A stretch of 64,000 nucleotides of DNA from Pseudonocardia sp. (GCF_035305885.1 NZ_DATGOP010000102.1:18847-82846); one strand, 5' to 3'. Positions 1 through 9,826 are shown, counted from the first letter of the stretch. Notes: a model not told the origin generated them from the letters alone. Made by a program: numbers and translations.

Positions 1-1348
1 TGAGCTGGTCCAGCTCGGCCTGCGCGCCGAGCGCGGTGAACGACTTCTCGTCCTCCCCCGGCTCGTCCTCCCGGCGCTGGGCGCGGGCCAGCAGGTCGTC
101 GTCCCAGCCCTCCTCGCCGCGGTGCGGCTTGCCGAGCACGTGGTCGCGCTGGGCCTCCAGCTCGCTCGCCAGGCCCAGCAGCACCGGCACGCTCGGCAGG
201 AACACCGAGGCGGTCTCGCCCGCCCGCCGCGACCGCACGAACCGGCCGATCGCCTGCGCGAAGAACAGCGGCGTGGACGCGCTCGTGGCGTACACGCCGA
301 CCGCGAGCCGCGGCACGTCGACGCCCTCGGACACCATCCGGACCGCCACCATCCAGCGGTCGTCGGACTCGGCGAACCGGGCGATGCGCTCGGAGGCCCC
401 GGCCTCGTCGGAGAGCACGACGACCGGGGGCGTGCCGGTGATGCCGGCGAGGATGTCGGCGTAGGCGCGCGCGGTGGTCTGGTCGGAGGCGATGACGAGC
501 CCGCCCGCGTCGGGCATCCCGCCGGTCCGGTGGGCGGTGAGCCTGCGGTCGGCCGCCGACAGCACCGCGGGGATCCACTCGCCCGCCGGGTCGAGCGCGG
601 TGCGCCAGGCCCGCGCGGTCTGCTCGGCGGTCATGGGCTCGCCGAGCCGGGCGGTCATCTCCTCCCCCGCGCTCGTGCGCCAGCTCGACGTGCCGGAGTA
701 GGCGAGGAACACGACCGGGCGCACGACGCCGTCGGCGAGGGCCTCGGCGTAGCCGTAGGAGTGGTCGGCGCGGCTGCGCAGCGTGCCGTCGGCGTCGGGG
801 ACGTACTCGACGAACGGGATCGGGTTGTCGTCGCTGCGGAACGGCGTCCCGGTGAGGCAGAGCCTGCGGGTGGCGCCCTCGAACGCCTCCCGCACGCCGT
901 CGCCCCACGAACGCGCGTCGCCCGCGTGGTGGATCTCGTCGAGGATCACCAGCGTGCGCCGGTTCTCGGTGCGGGCGCGGTGCAGCAACGGGTGGGACGC
1001 GACGCCGGCGTAGGTGACCGCGATACCCCGGTAGTCGGCCGAGGTGGCCCCGGTGGAGTTGCGGAAGTCGGGGTCGATCGGGATGCCGACGCCCGCCGCC
1101 GCGGCGGCCCACTGGTGCTTGAGGTGCTCGGTGGGCGTCACCACGGTGATCGCCTCGATCACCCGGTCGGCCAGCAGCTCGGAGGCCACCCGCAGCGCGA
1201 ACGTCGTCTTACCGGCGCCGGGGGTCGCGACGGCGAGGAAGTCCTTCGGGGAGGCCGCGAGGTAGCGGGCGAGCGCGCTGCGCTGCCACGCGCGCAACGG
1301 CCGGGCGGAGGGAGCGATCTGCTGGGACTGAGGGGTCGGTGCGGACAC
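1..1348 (-). CDS. DEAD/DEAH-box (SF2) helicase, C-terminus beyond window edge
   Basis: Minus frame is open to position 1, so it is absent from the ORF track. GTG start at 1348 is preceded by GGGAG. Translation VSAPTPQSQQ... contains ATPGAGKTTFAL (Walker A), VILDEIHHAGD (DExH), LTGTPFRSD (motif III) and MVSEGVDVPRL. Confidence 0.85.
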   Translation of the reverse strand, partial: MSAPTPQSQQIAPSARPLRAWQRSALARYLAASPKDFLAVATPGAGKTTFALRVASELLADRVIEAITVVTPTEHLKHQWAAAAAGVGIPIDPDFRNSTGATSADYRGIAVTYAGVASHPLLHRARTENRRTLVILDEIHHAGDARSWGDGVREAFEGATRRLCLTGTPFRSDDNPIPFVEYVPDADGTLRSRADHSYGYAEALADGVVRPVVFLAYSGTSSWRTSAGEEMTARLGEPMTAEQTARAWRTALDPAGEWIPAVLSAADRRLTAHRTGGMPDAGGLVIASDQTTARAYADILAGITGTPPVVVLSDEAGASERIARFAESDDRWMVAVRMVSEGVDVPRLAVGVYATSASTPLFFAQAIGRFVRSRRAGETASVFLPSVPVLLGLASELEAQRDHVLGKPHRGEEGWDDDLLARAQRREDEPGEDEKSFTALGAQAELDQL

Positions 1349-1605
1349 ACATCTCCCTGACGTCTCGACTGCTCACCGAACGGCCCGGTGCGCAGGACCC
1401 CGCGTCGACACCGTTGAGGTCGCGGGGAGCGGCTGCGGGGCGCGGATCAGGTTAACCGCCGCGGGGCGCGGAACCGGTGGGACCCGCCGATGGTGCATCC
1501 TGACCGCGGACGCCGCCGTCCGGCCCTCCGGGTGGGCGCCGGCCCGCCCCGCGGCGGGAGCTGGGACGATGCCCGCCACCGCCGCCGGCCACCGAGGAGC
1601 CCGCG

Positions 1606-3282
1606 ATGACCGACCAGCACCAGCCCGCGACGGCCGCCGCCGAGGCCGCCGCCACGGGCCTGGACGCGCTGATCGGCCAGTGGCCGTCGGGACCGCTGGG
1701 CGTGCTGCCGGCGGGCCCGGCGGTACGGATGGCGGCCGCGCTCGCGGCCCGACCCGGCGCCCTGGTCCGGCGCGGCGCGGGCCTCGCCGCCGAGCTGGCC
1801 CGCATCGGTGCGGGGCGCTCCCGGGTGCTGCCGGGCGCCGACGACGAGCGCTACGCCGACCCGGCGTGGACGCGCAACCCGCTCCTGCGCCGCCTCGCCC
1901 AGGCCCACCTCGCGGCGAGCGCCTCGGCCGAGGCGCTCGTGTCCGACGCCGGGCTGGGCGCGGACGACGAGGCCCGGCTGCGCGCCGCCGTCTCCCTGTT
2001 GTCCGGGGCGCTGTCCCCGGCCGCGTCGCCGCTGAACCCGGCCGTGTGGCGGGCGGCGGCGGGCAGCGGCGGGGCGAGCGCGGTGCGCGGGGCCCGCAGG
2101 CTCGTGGCCGACGTGAGCGCCCCGCCGCGCGCCCCCGTGCCCGCCGCGGGCCCGCTCGAGGTGGGGTCGGACGTCGGAGCCACGGCGGGTGCGGTCGTGC
2201 TGCGCACGCCCGTCTTCGAGCTCATCCAGTACCTGCCGCGGACCGAGCTCGTGCACGACGTGCCGCTGCTCGTCGTGCCGCCGGTGCTGAACCGCTTCTA
2301 CCTCGCCGACCTCGCGCCGGGGCGCAGCTTCGTCGAGCACCACGTGCGGGCGGGCGTCCAGGTGTTCGCCCTGTCGTGGCGCAACCCGCAGCGCGCGCAC
2401 GCCGACTGGGACCTCGACACCTACGGCCGCGCCGTGCTCGAGGCGATGGACGCCGCCCAGCACGTGGCCCGCACGGAGCAGGTGTCCCTGATGGCCTTCG
2501 GCGCGGGCGGCACGATCACCGCGATGCTGCTCGCCCACCTCGCCGCGACCGGCGCCCAGCACCGCGTCGCGGCGGTGACGCTCGCCGGCGCCGCGCTCGA
2601 CGCCGTCGGCCGGCCGCCGGAACCGCTGGCGGCCCGGGTGGCCGTGGCCGAGTCGCAGCGCACCGGCCACCTCGACGGCCGCCCGCTGCTCGCCGAGCTG
2701 GCCCGCCGGGCTCCCGACGCCCTGCTGTGGCCGCAGGCCGTGCGCACCTACCTGTGCGGCGACGAACCGCCGTCGTCGGAGGTGTTGTTCTGGCTCACCG
2801 ACACCACCCGAGCGCCCGCGGGGCTGCACCGCGACCTCGTCGACGTCGCCCTGCGGACCCCGCTGTCGGTCCCGGGCGCGGCGAGCCTGCTCGGCACCCC
2901 GCTCGACCTCGCGAAGGTCGACCGCGACTGCTACGTGGTCGCGGGCGCCGGCGACCCGGTCACGCCGTGGCGCGCCACGTACGCGGCGGCGGGCCTGTTC
3001 GGCGGCGCGTGCCGGTTCGTGCTCGCGACGGGCGGGCACGCGGCGTCGCTGGTCAGCCCGCCGGACGGCGTCGGGGCGGGCTACCGGGCGGCGGCAGCGG
3101 TGCCCGGCGAGCCGGAGCGCTGGCACGCCGGCACGGAGGAGGAGCCGGGGTCGTGGTGGGCCGACCACCTGACCTGGCTCACCGCGCGCAGCGGCCCGCT
3201 GCGCGACGCCCCGCCCGAGCTCGGCGGGCGCGGGATGCACGCGCTCGCCCCCGCGCCGGGGGCGTACGTGCTGGACCGCTAG
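1606..3282 (+). CDS. PHA synthase (PhaC)-family alpha/beta hydrolase, lipase-box Cys absent
   Basis: 558-aa ORF with GAGGAG upstream of the ATG. PhaC N-domain signature ERYADPAWTRNPLLRRL and VFELIQYLPRT..PLLVVPPVLNRFYLADL..SWRNP. Lipase box reads MAFGAGGT where PhaC has G-x-C-x-G-G. Asp (AGDPVTPW) and His (GGHAAS) are retained. Confidence 0.8.
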   Translation: MTDQHQPATAAAEAAATGLDALIGQWPSGPLGVLPAGPAVRMAAALAARPGALVRRGAGLAAELARIGAGRSRVLPGADDERYADPAWTRNPLLRRLAQAHLAASASAEALVSDAGLGADDEARLRAAVSLLSGALSPAASPLNPAVWRAAAGSGGASAVRGARRLVADVSAPPRAPVPAAGPLEVGSDVGATAGAVVLRTPVFELIQYLPRTELVHDVPLLVVPPVLNRFYLADLAPGRSFVEHHVRAGVQVFALSWRNPQRAHADWDLDTYGRAVLEAMDAAQHVARTEQVSLMAFGAGGTITAMLLAHLAATGAQHRVAAVTLAGAALDAVGRPPEPLAARVAVAESQRTGHLDGRPLLAELARRAPDALLWPQAVRTYLCGDEPPSSEVLFWLTDTTRAPAGLHRDLVDVALRTPLSVPGAASLLGTPLDLAKVDRDCYVVAGAGDPVTPWRATYAAAGLFGGACRFVLATGGHAASLVSPPDGVGAGYRAAAAVPGEPERWHAGTEEEPGSWWADHLTWLTARSGPLRDAPPELGGRGMHALAPAPGAYVLDR

Positions 3283-3289
3283 CGGCCCG

Positions 3290-3970
3290 TCAGGCGGCCT
3301 CCGGCACCCGGGCGACGGCCAGCCGGTAGGACGAGTGGCTGGTGCCGCGCATCGTGGTGAGCTCTTCGATCTCGACACCCGCGTCGGCGAACGCCTTGCG
3401 GAACTCGTGCTCGTAGGTCACGCGCCCGAAGTGGATCGTGGTGACGTGCTGGGCGAGCGGCTTCGCCCACTCCAGCAACGCGTTGCGCCGGTGGTGGAAC
3501 GTCTGCGTGGCGAACAGCCGCCCGCCCGGGGCGAGCAGGGAGGCCACGTGCGCGATGGCGGCGGCCGGGTCGGGCAGCAGCATCAGGCTGGCGCTGAAGT
3601 ACACCGCGTCGTAGGGCCCGCCGCGGTGGTCGTAGACCGAGCCGAGCACCGGGGTGACGCGCCCGGTGAGGCCGGCCCGCTCGAGCGCCGCCCGGCACCG
3701 CGCGAGGTAGTCGCGGTCGATGTCGAGGCCGACGACGGTGAGGTCCTTCGCCCGCACCAGGTCGGCGCACCGCGCGAGCGCGGCCCCGGTTCCGATGCCC
3801 ACGTCGAGCAGCCGCGCGCCGTGCGGGAGCCGCGTGAGCACCTCCCGGTACCACGTCGCCGTCATCCCGGCGATCACGCGGTCGTACACCCAGGCGCGGA
3901 CGGCACTGCGCAGGGGAACCCGGTCGGAGGACGACATGCCGCCGGGTACCCCGCTGGGTTCGTCGGTCAA
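3290..3970 (-). CDS. class I SAM-dependent methyltransferase
   Basis: 226-aa ORF with SAM motif I LLDVGIGTGAAL and a normal, non-R/P-rich composition. It lies 12 nt downstream of the DUF3039 gene on the same strand. Confidence 0.85.
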   Translation of the reverse strand: MTDEPSGVPGGMSSSDRVPLRSAVRAWVYDRVIAGMTATWYREVLTRLPHGARLLDVGIGTGAALARCADLVRAKDLTVVGLDIDRDYLARCRAALERAGLTGRVTPVLGSVYDHRGGPYDAVYFSASLMLLPDPAAAIAHVASLLAPGGRLFATQTFHHRRNALLEWAKPLAQHVTTIHFGRVTYEHEFRKAFADAGVEIEELTTMRGTSHSSYRLAVARVPEAA

Positions 3971-3982
3971 CTGCCCGGCCGC

Positions 3983-4252
3983 TCAGTCCCCGCCGCCGTC
4001 GCCGTCGTCCTTCCGGAAGGTGTCGTAGATCTCCTTGCACTCCGGGCAGACGGGCGAACCGGGCTTGGGCGACCGCGTGACGGGGAACGTCGCGCCGCAC
4101 AACGCGACCACGTGGCTGCCGAGCACCGCGCTTTCGGCGATCTTCGCCTTCTTCACGTAGTGGAACAGCTTCGGCGTGTCGTCACCCGAGGTCTCCGTAC
4201 CCTCGGGCCGGGTGTCGACGTCGGGCAGAACCTGCGTGGCCATGTCATCCAT
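3983..4252 (-). CDS. DUF3039-family small protein (Zn-ribbon-like CxxC...CPxC)
   Basis: C-terminal part of ORF 3983..4723: MDDMATQ...DDTPKLFHYVKKAKIAESAVLGSHVVALCGATFPVTRSPKPGSPVCPECKEIY. The upstream part of the ORF is A/S/R-rich shadow. Start is ATG 4252 or 4243. Confidence 0.85.
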   Translation of the reverse strand: MDDMATQVLPDVDTRPEGTETSGDDTPKLFHYVKKAKIAESAVLGSHVVALCGATFPVTRSPKPGSPVCPECKEIYDTFRKDDGDGGGD

Positions 4253-5186
4253 GATGCCCCACGTGTCCGTTCCCGTCTCCCCACGTGATCCGTTGCGGAT
4301 CTCACCCGAGGTCGCCGACGCCGTCGCGGCCGGCCGCCCCGTCGTCGCCCTGGAGAGCACGCTGCTCGCCCACGGCCTCCCGGCCCCGCAGAACCGCGCG
4401 GCGGCCGAGGAGCTGGAGGACGCCGTCCGCGCGAACGGCGCCGTCCCCGCCACCGTCGCCGTCCTCGACGGGGAGGCCAAGGTCGGGCTGAGCGCCGCCG
4501 AGCTGGACCGCGTGTGCGCGGGCGGGCTCGCGAAGCTCTCGGCGCGCGACCTCGGCGCCGCGGTGGGCCTGCGCCGCGACGGTGCCACCACCGTCGCGGC
4601 CACGGCCGCGCTGGCGCACGCCGCGGGCGTGCAGGTGTTCGCGACCGGCGGGCTGGGCGGCGTGCACCGCGGAGCGCGGGAGAGCTGGGACGTCTCCGCC
4701 GACCTCGCCGCGCTCGCCACCACCCCGGTGCTCGTCGTCTGCTCGGGGGTGAAGTCGATCCTCGACGTGCCGGCGACCCTCGAGGTGCTCGAGACCGAGT
4801 CGGTGCCCGTGCTCGGCTACCGCACCGACGCCTTCCCCGGCTTCTACCGGCGCGACTCCGGCCACCCGGTGCCGTGGCGGGCCGACACGCCCGCCGAGGC
4901 CGCCGCCGTGTGGCGGGCGCACCGGGCGCTGGGCAGGCCATCGGGCGCCGTGCTGGCGCAGCCGGTGCCCGCCGATGCCGAGCTGGACGCCGTGCTGCAC
5001 GACCGGCTGCTCGACGAGGGCCTCGCGCTGGTGGCCTCGCGCGGCGTCACCGGCAAGGACGTGACGCCGGTGCTGCTCGAGCACTTCCACAGCGGCAGCG
5101 GCGGCGCGAGCCTGAAGGCCAACCTCGCCCTGGTGCGGGCCAACGCCGAGCTCGCCGCGCAGGTGGCGGCGGCGCTCGCCGCATGA
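4242..5186 (+). CDS. psuG: pseudouridine-5'-phosphate glycosidase
   Basis: ISPEVADAVAAGRPVVALESTLLAHGLPAPQN, GATTVAAT and VFATGGLGGVHRG match PsuG (YeiN). Start is uncertain: ATG 4242/4251/4254, GTG 4263 or TTG 4293. The stop overlaps the next ATG (ATGA). Confidence 0.9.
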   Translation: MSSMMPHVSVPVSPRDPLRISPEVADAVAAGRPVVALESTLLAHGLPAPQNRAAAEELEDAVRANGAVPATVAVLDGEAKVGLSAAELDRVCAGGLAKLSARDLGAAVGLRRDGATTVAATAALAHAAGVQVFATGGLGGVHRGARESWDVSADLAALATTPVLVVCSGVKSILDVPATLEVLETESVPVLGYRTDAFPGFYRRDSGHPVPWRADTPAEAAAVWRAHRALGRPSGAVLAQPVPADAELDAVLHDRLLDEGLALVASRGVTGKDVTPVLLEHFHSGSGGASLKANLALVRANAELAAQVAAALAA

Positions 5187-6028
5187 CCCGGCCCCGGGTC
5201 GTCGTGGTGGGCGACGTCGCGGTCGACGTCCTCGTCGAGCCGTGCTCGCCCGCGGTCGCGGGGGCCGACGTGCCTGCCCGGATCCGCATGCGCGCGGGCG
5301 GGGCGGGCGCGAACACCGCCGCGTGGCTCGCCCACCTCGGCGCCGACGTCACGCTCGTCGCGCGCGTCGGCGACGACCCGGCCGGCCGCGGCGCGGTCGA
5401 CGACCTGCGGGCCGCCGGGGTCCGCGTGGCAGCGGCCGTCGATCCGGACCTGCCGACCTGCACGGTGGTCGTCCTGCTCGTCGACGGCGACCGCACGATG
5501 CTGTCCGACCGCGGCGCCGCGGGCCGGCTCTCCCCCGCCGACCTGCCCGCCGTCGACGCCGCCGACCACCTCCACCTATCCGGCTACGTGCTGCTCGACC
5601 CGGCGACGCGCGCGGCCGGCCGGGCGGCGCTGGACCGGGCGCGCGCCGCCGGGCTCACCACGTCGGTCGACCCGCAGGCCGCCCCCGCGCTCGGGCCCGG
5701 GTTCCTCGACGACGTGCGCGGCGTCGACCTGCTGCTGCCGAACGCGGCGGAGCTGGCCGCGCTCGGCGGGCTCGACGGGGTGCGCGCCGCGACGGGGGCC
5801 GTCGCGGCGACCGACGGCCCCGGCCCGGCGCGCTGGACCGACCGGAACGGGACCTGGACCGCCGAGCCGCCGCCTGCCGACGTGGTGGACCCGACGGGGG
5901 CGGGGGACGCCTTCGACGCGGGCGTGCTCGTCGCCTGGCTCGGTGGGGCGGACCCGGCGGCCGCCCTCGCGGCGGGCTGCGCCGCCGGAGCCGCCGCGGT
6001 CGGTCGCCTCGGCGCGCGGCCCCGCTGA
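5183..6028 (+). CDS. PfkB-family carbohydrate kinase (pseudouridine kinase-like)
   Basis: MTRPRVVVVGDVAVDV..., GGAGANTA and the C-terminal DPTGAGDAFDAG (PfkB signature 2). ATGA overlap with psuG at 5183-5186. Confidence 0.85.
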   Translation: MTRPRVVVVGDVAVDVLVEPCSPAVAGADVPARIRMRAGGAGANTAAWLAHLGADVTLVARVGDDPAGRGAVDDLRAAGVRVAAAVDPDLPTCTVVVLLVDGDRTMLSDRGAAGRLSPADLPAVDAADHLHLSGYVLLDPATRAAGRAALDRARAAGLTTSVDPQAAPALGPGFLDDVRGVDLLLPNAAELAALGGLDGVRAATGAVAATDGPGPARWTDRNGTWTAEPPPADVVDPTGAGDAFDAGVLVAWLGGADPAAALAAGCAAGAAAVGRLGARPR

Positions 6029-6077
6029 CCAGCGGCGGCCGGGCTGACCGCCTGCTGGTGGCGCCGCGCGCCCCGGG

Positions 6078-6099
6078 CGGGCAGGCGCCGGCCTGCCCG
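6078..6099. terminator. GC hairpin between convergent genes
   Basis: CGGGCAGGC-GCCG-GCCTGCCCG: 9-bp stem, 4-nt loop, no T tract. It lies between the kinase stop (6028) and the ArsR-like stop (6149). Confidence 0.35.
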
Positions 6100-6148
6100 T
6101 GAGCGCCTGCCCGGAGGGGCCGCAGAGCACAGGTCGCCCCGGGGCGGC

Positions 6149-6871
6149 TCAGGCACCCACCGCCGCGAGGTCGAGCGCCAGCCACTCGTCGAGCCCTCGG
6201 CTGCCCCCCGGCGTCACGCGCACCACCCGGCTCGCCTCGGCCAGCCGCAGCCAGCCCAGCTCGATCAGCCTGCTGGTGAGCGCCGCGCCGAGGCTGCCGG
6301 CCAGGTGGTGGCGCCGCTCGCTCCAGTCCATGCAGGCGCGCGCCAGCGGGCGGCGGCGGCGTTCGAGCCGCTCGACCACGACCCCGATCTGCGCGAGCAC
6401 CGCGGGCGCCGCCGGGCCGAGGGCGTAGCCGCCGTCGCCGCCCGGCACGAGGACCCCGCGGGCGGTGAGCGCCTCGGCGAGCGCGACGCCGGCCGTGCCC
6501 GCCAGGTGCTCGTAGCACATGCGCGCCCGCCGCAGGTTCTGCCCGCGCACGGCCGCCCGCAGCGAGGTCACCCGCTCCGGCGGCGCGAGCACCATCAGCG
6601 CCTCGAGGGCGTCGGCCACCGCGTTCGCGAGCCGGTACAGCCGCTGCCGCCCGCTGGGCTCGACGAGCAGCAGGCCGCCGTCGACGAGCTTGCGCAGGTG
6701 GGCGCTCGCCAGCGACGGGGACGCGCCCGCGGCGTCGGCGAGCGCGGACGCCGACATCGGGCGGCCGCCCAGCAGGGCGAGGAGCATCGCGGCGCGCGTC
6801 CGGTCGGCCAGCAGGGAGCCGATGCGCGCGATCTCCGCCTCTCCCGGCACGGGACGGACCTCGTGGGTCAC
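6149..6871 (-). CDS. ArsR-family winged-helix transcriptional regulator with C-terminal extension
   Basis: GTG 6871 overlaps the DUF3099 stop (GTGA). IARIGSLLADRTRAAMLLALLGGRPMSASALADAAGASPSLASAHLRKLVDGGLL is an ArsR-type wHTH. About 240 aa. Confidence 0.8.
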   Translation of the reverse strand: MTHEVRPVPGEAEIARIGSLLADRTRAAMLLALLGGRPMSASALADAAGASPSLASAHLRKLVDGGLLLVEPSGRQRLYRLANAVADALEALMVLAPPERVTSLRAAVRGQNLRRARMCYEHLAGTAGVALAEALTARGVLVPGGDGGYALGPAAPAVLAQIGVVVERLERRRRPLARACMDWSERRHHLAGSLGAALTSRLIELGWLRLAEASRVVRVTPGGSRGLDEWLALDLAAVGA

Positions 6872-7221
6872 CCGTCGATGACGGGGTGCTCGCGCTGCTC
6901 GAGCTGGCGGCGGTCGGGTCGGTAGCGGTGGGGGCGCTCCGCCTTCTTCGGCAGCCGGTCGTTGGCGACGAGGACGGCCACCCACGGCAGCGGGATCGAC
7001 AGCACCAGCAGCGTCACCGCCAGCCACGGGATCTGGTAGCAGGCGGCGGCGGCGATCATGAACGGGATCCGCATCCCCATCATGACCTTGTAGCGCCGCT
7101 TGCGGATCGCGAGCTCCTCCTCGTAGGAGCGGCCCGCGTCCGTGATGAGCACCGGGTCGGCTGCGCGCTGCGGGTTCGGCACGATTCTCCCTCTGGCACC
7201 GGCTGTGCCGTCGCGCTCCAT
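6868..7221 (-). CDS. DUF3099-family small membrane protein
   Basis: 117 aa: EELAIRKRRYKVMMGMRIPFMIAAAACYQIPWLAVTLLVLSIPLPWVAVLVAND, i.e. two TM helices. This is the typical sigB-region companion of DUF3039. Confidence 0.8.
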   Translation of the reverse strand: MERDGTAGARGRIVPNPQRAADPVLITDAGRSYEEELAIRKRRYKVMMGMRIPFMIAAAACYQIPWLAVTLLVLSIPLPWVAVLVANDRLPKKAERPHRYRPDRRQLEQREHPVIDG

Positions 7222-7250
7222 CGTGCCACTCGGGGAGGGTGGCGTCTGCC

Positions 7251-8093
7251 CTACCCGCCCGCGGGTTTCGCCGGCTGTTCTTCGAGCAGCGCGTGCAGCT
7301 CGGCGGCGGTGCGGGGTCGCGCGTCACAGCCGGTGGCGCGCAACAGCCGGTGCACGGCGGGCGCCCACGCCGGCCCGAGCCGCGCTTCGCGCAGCAGCTC
7401 CGCGTCGCCGAGCACCTCGTCCGCGGGCCCGGTCCGCACCCGGCCGTCCGCGACCACGGCGACCTCGTCGGCCCAGCGGTGGGCGAGGTCGACGTCGTGG
7501 GTGGACAGCACCGGTGTCGTGCCGCCCGCCTCGAGCGCGGCGAGGGTGGCCAGCAGCGCCTCGACGCCCGCGGGGTCGAGGCCCGCGGTGGGCTCGTCGA
7601 GCACGAGCAGCCGCGGCGTCATCGCGACGGCGCCCGCGATCGCCACCCGCTTCTTCTGCCCGAACGACAGCAGGTGCGGGGGCCGGTCGGCGACGTCGGT
7701 GAGGCCCAGCGCGGCGAGGGCGGCGTCCACGCGGGCCCGCACCTCGGCCTCGTCCAGACCCATGTTGACCGGGCCGAACGACACGTCCTGGGCCACGGTG
7801 GCGGCGAAGAGCTGGTCGTCGGGGTCCTGCAGCACCAGCTGCACCTGCGTGCGCAGCGCGGTGCGGCCCGCCCGGGTGCGCCGCACCGGGACCCCGTCGA
7901 GCAGCACCTCGCCCGCGTCCGGGGTGAGCGCCCCGGCGAGCAGGCGGAACAGCGTGGTCTTCCCGCCGCCGTTGGGCCCGAGGACGGCGACCCGGCGCCC
8001 GGCGTGCAGCTCCAGGTCGGCGCCGGTGAGGACCGGACGGCCGCGCTCGTAGCCGAAGTGCAGGCCGCGGGCCTGCAGCACCGGGGACGTCAC
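7251..8093 (-). CDS. cbiO: ECF/cobalt ABC transporter ATP-binding protein
   Basis: GTG 8093 overlaps the cbiQ stop (GTGA). GPNGGGKTT (Walker A), LSFGQKKRVAIAG (signature) and LLVLDEPTAGLD (Walker B). Confidence 0.9.
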   Translation of the reverse strand: MTSPVLQARGLHFGYERGRPVLTGADLELHAGRRVAVLGPNGGGKTTLFRLLAGALTPDAGEVLLDGVPVRRTRAGRTALRTQVQLVLQDPDDQLFAATVAQDVSFGPVNMGLDEAEVRARVDAALAALGLTDVADRPPHLLSFGQKKRVAIAGAVAMTPRLLVLDEPTAGLDPAGVEALLATLAALEAGGTTPVLSTHDVDLAHRWADEVAVVADGRVRTGPADEVLGDAELLREARLGPAWAPAVHRLLRATGCDARPRTAAELHALLEEQPAKPAGG

Positions 8094-8824
8094 GCGACCA
8101 CCAGCGTCAGGGAGACGACGGCCGCGAGCAGCACGCCGGTCGCCGCGAGGAACCTCCGGGAGAGGTGCTGCCGCGGCAGCAGCACCCGCAGCGATGCGGC
8201 GTCGCCGCGCAGGTCGAGGCCCTGCTCCATCCGCCGGGCCCGCTCGAACGCGCTGACGAACACCGCCCCGGCCTGTCCGGCGACCGACCGGAACGTGGTG
8301 CGCACGGAGCGGAACCCGAGCCGGCCCGCCTGCGCCGCGCGCACCGCGGCGGCGCGGTCGAGCAGCAGGAACAGCAGCCGGTAGACCAGCCCGGCGACGT
8401 CGACCACGGCCGCAGGGACCCCGAGCCGGGCGAGCCGCGGCAGGGCGTCGGCGAGCGGGGTGGTCGCCGCGAACAGCAGCAGGCACAGCAGGGCCGCCGT
8501 GGCGCGTCCGGTGAGCGCGAGCGCGGCGCCCACGCCACCGGGGTCGAACCGCACGAGCCCCGGGCCGCCCACCGAGAACAGCAGCGGCACCGCGCCCACC
8601 ACGACGAACACCAGGGGGGCGCGCACGGCGCGCAGCAGCCGGCCCGGCCCGACGCCCGCCGGGCCGAGCAGCAGCGCCAGCGCCACCGCGCCGACGACGA
8701 GGGCGCCCGGCCACGCGGGCAGCGCGACGGCGCAGCACAGCAGGCCGAAGGCGAGCACCGCCTTCTCCCCCGGGTGGCGGTGGCGCCACGGGCCCGTGCA
8801 GGCGAGCGCGTCGAGCGCGGGCAT
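8090..8824 (-). CDS. cbiQ: ECF transporter transmembrane (T) component
   Basis: ATG 8824 overlaps the cbiN stop (ATGA). Multi-TM protein with the CbiQ-type ...AFERARRMEQGLDLRG motif region. Confidence 0.85.
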   Translation of the reverse strand: MPALDALACTGPWRHRHPGEKAVLAFGLLCCAVALPAWPGALVVGAVALALLLGPAGVGPGRLLRAVRAPLVFVVVGAVPLLFSVGGPGLVRFDPGGVGAALALTGRATAALLCLLLFAATTPLADALPRLARLGVPAAVVDVAGLVYRLLFLLLDRAAAVRAAQAGRLGFRSVRTTFRSVAGQAGAVFVSAFERARRMEQGLDLRGDAASLRVLLPRQHLSRRFLAATGVLLAAVVSLTLVVA

Positions 8825-9117
8825 CAGGCGGGCGGGTCCACGCGCCGGCGCCTGCCGCGCGCCACGCCGAACACGTAGCCCAGCGCCGCCCCGCCGAGCG
8901 CCGCCTGCAGCGCGAACAGCCCGGACGCCGTCTCGGCCGACGGCTCGAACACCGGGGCGAACCACGGCTGGTAACCGCTGTCGTCGATGCGCTCCACGGC
9001 CACGCCGTCGGCGCCGGCGAACTCGGTGTCGCTGCCGATGAACAGCAGCGGCACCGCCGCGAGCACCACGACGCCGAGGACGAGCAGCCAGTTGGTCAGG
9101 CCGAACCGCGACATCAT
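8824..9117 (-). CDS. cbiN: cobalt/nickel ECF small membrane component
   Basis: 97 aa, [26 protein letters not shown]...GYQPWF...: two TM helices. Start overlaps the cbiM stop. Confidence 0.8.
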   Translation of the reverse strand: MMSRFGLTNWLLVLGVVVLAAVPLLFIGSDTEFAGADGVAVERIDDSGYQPWFAPVFEPSAETASGLFALQAALGGAALGYVFGVARGRRRRVDPPA

Positions 9118-9788
9118 GCCTCCTGGCGGGCGGGGCGGATGCCGAGCCGGGCCAGCTCGGCCGGGCCGATCCGGGTGAGCAGCCGCACGACCAGCACGGT
9201 CAGCAGGCCCTCGCTCGCGGCGAGGGGGATCTGGGTCACGGCGAAGATCGCGAGGAACTCCGCGAGCGCGCCCGGCACGCCGGACGCCGCGTCCGGGTGG
9301 GCGATGGCGAGCTGGACGGCCGTGGTGCAGTAGGTGGACAGGTCGGCGAGCGCCGCGCCCAGGAACACCGCGATCGACAGGCCGCCGCCGAGCCCGCGCA
9401 CCAGCGAGTAGACGCCGTAGGCGACCCACGGGCCGACCACGGCCATCGAGAAGGCGTTCGCCCCCAGCGTGGTGATCCCGCCGTGGGCGAGCAGCAGCGC
9501 CTGGAAGGTCAGCACGATCGTGCCGAGCAACGCCATCACGGGTGGTCGGAACAGGATCGCGCCGAGGCCGGTGCCGGTCGGGTGCGAGCTGGAGCCGGTG
9601 ACCGAGGGCAGCTTCAGCGCCGAGAGCACGAACGCGAACGCACCGGCCGCGCCGAGCAGCAGCCGGGTCTCGGGCTCCTGGCGCACCTGCCGGACGACGG
9701 CGCGCGCCCCGTGCACCACGAACGGGGCGGCCACGGCGGTCCAGGCCACGGCGTGCAGCGGCGGCAGGTACCCCTCGGCGATGTGCAC
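9114..9788 (-). CDS. cbiM: cobalt/nickel ECF substrate-capture component
   Basis: N-terminus [10 protein letters not shown] (metal-ligating MHIxEG of CbiM/NikM). 224 aa, multi-TM, GTG start at 9788. Confidence 0.9.
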   Translation of the reverse strand: MHIAEGYLPPLHAVAWTAVAAPFVVHGARAVVRQVRQEPETRLLLGAAGAFAFVLSALKLPSVTGSSSHPTGTGLGAILFRPPVMALLGTIVLTFQALLLAHGGITTLGANAFSMAVVGPWVAYGVYSLVRGLGGGLSIAVFLGAALADLSTYCTTAVQLAIAHPDAASGVPGALAEFLAIFAVTQIPLAASEGLLTVLVVRLLTRIGPAELARLGIRPARQEA

Positions 9789-9826
9789 CGGCGGACATTA
9801 AGCCGACGGCGCGCCCGCCATCAAGT

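Noticed and set aside
4242-4252. Apparent overlap of the divergent start codons of DUF3039 (4243/4252) and psuG (4242)
   Set aside because: This is probably an artefact of taking the longest ORF. psuG more likely starts at a downstream codon (4254-4293), though I cannot decide which one.
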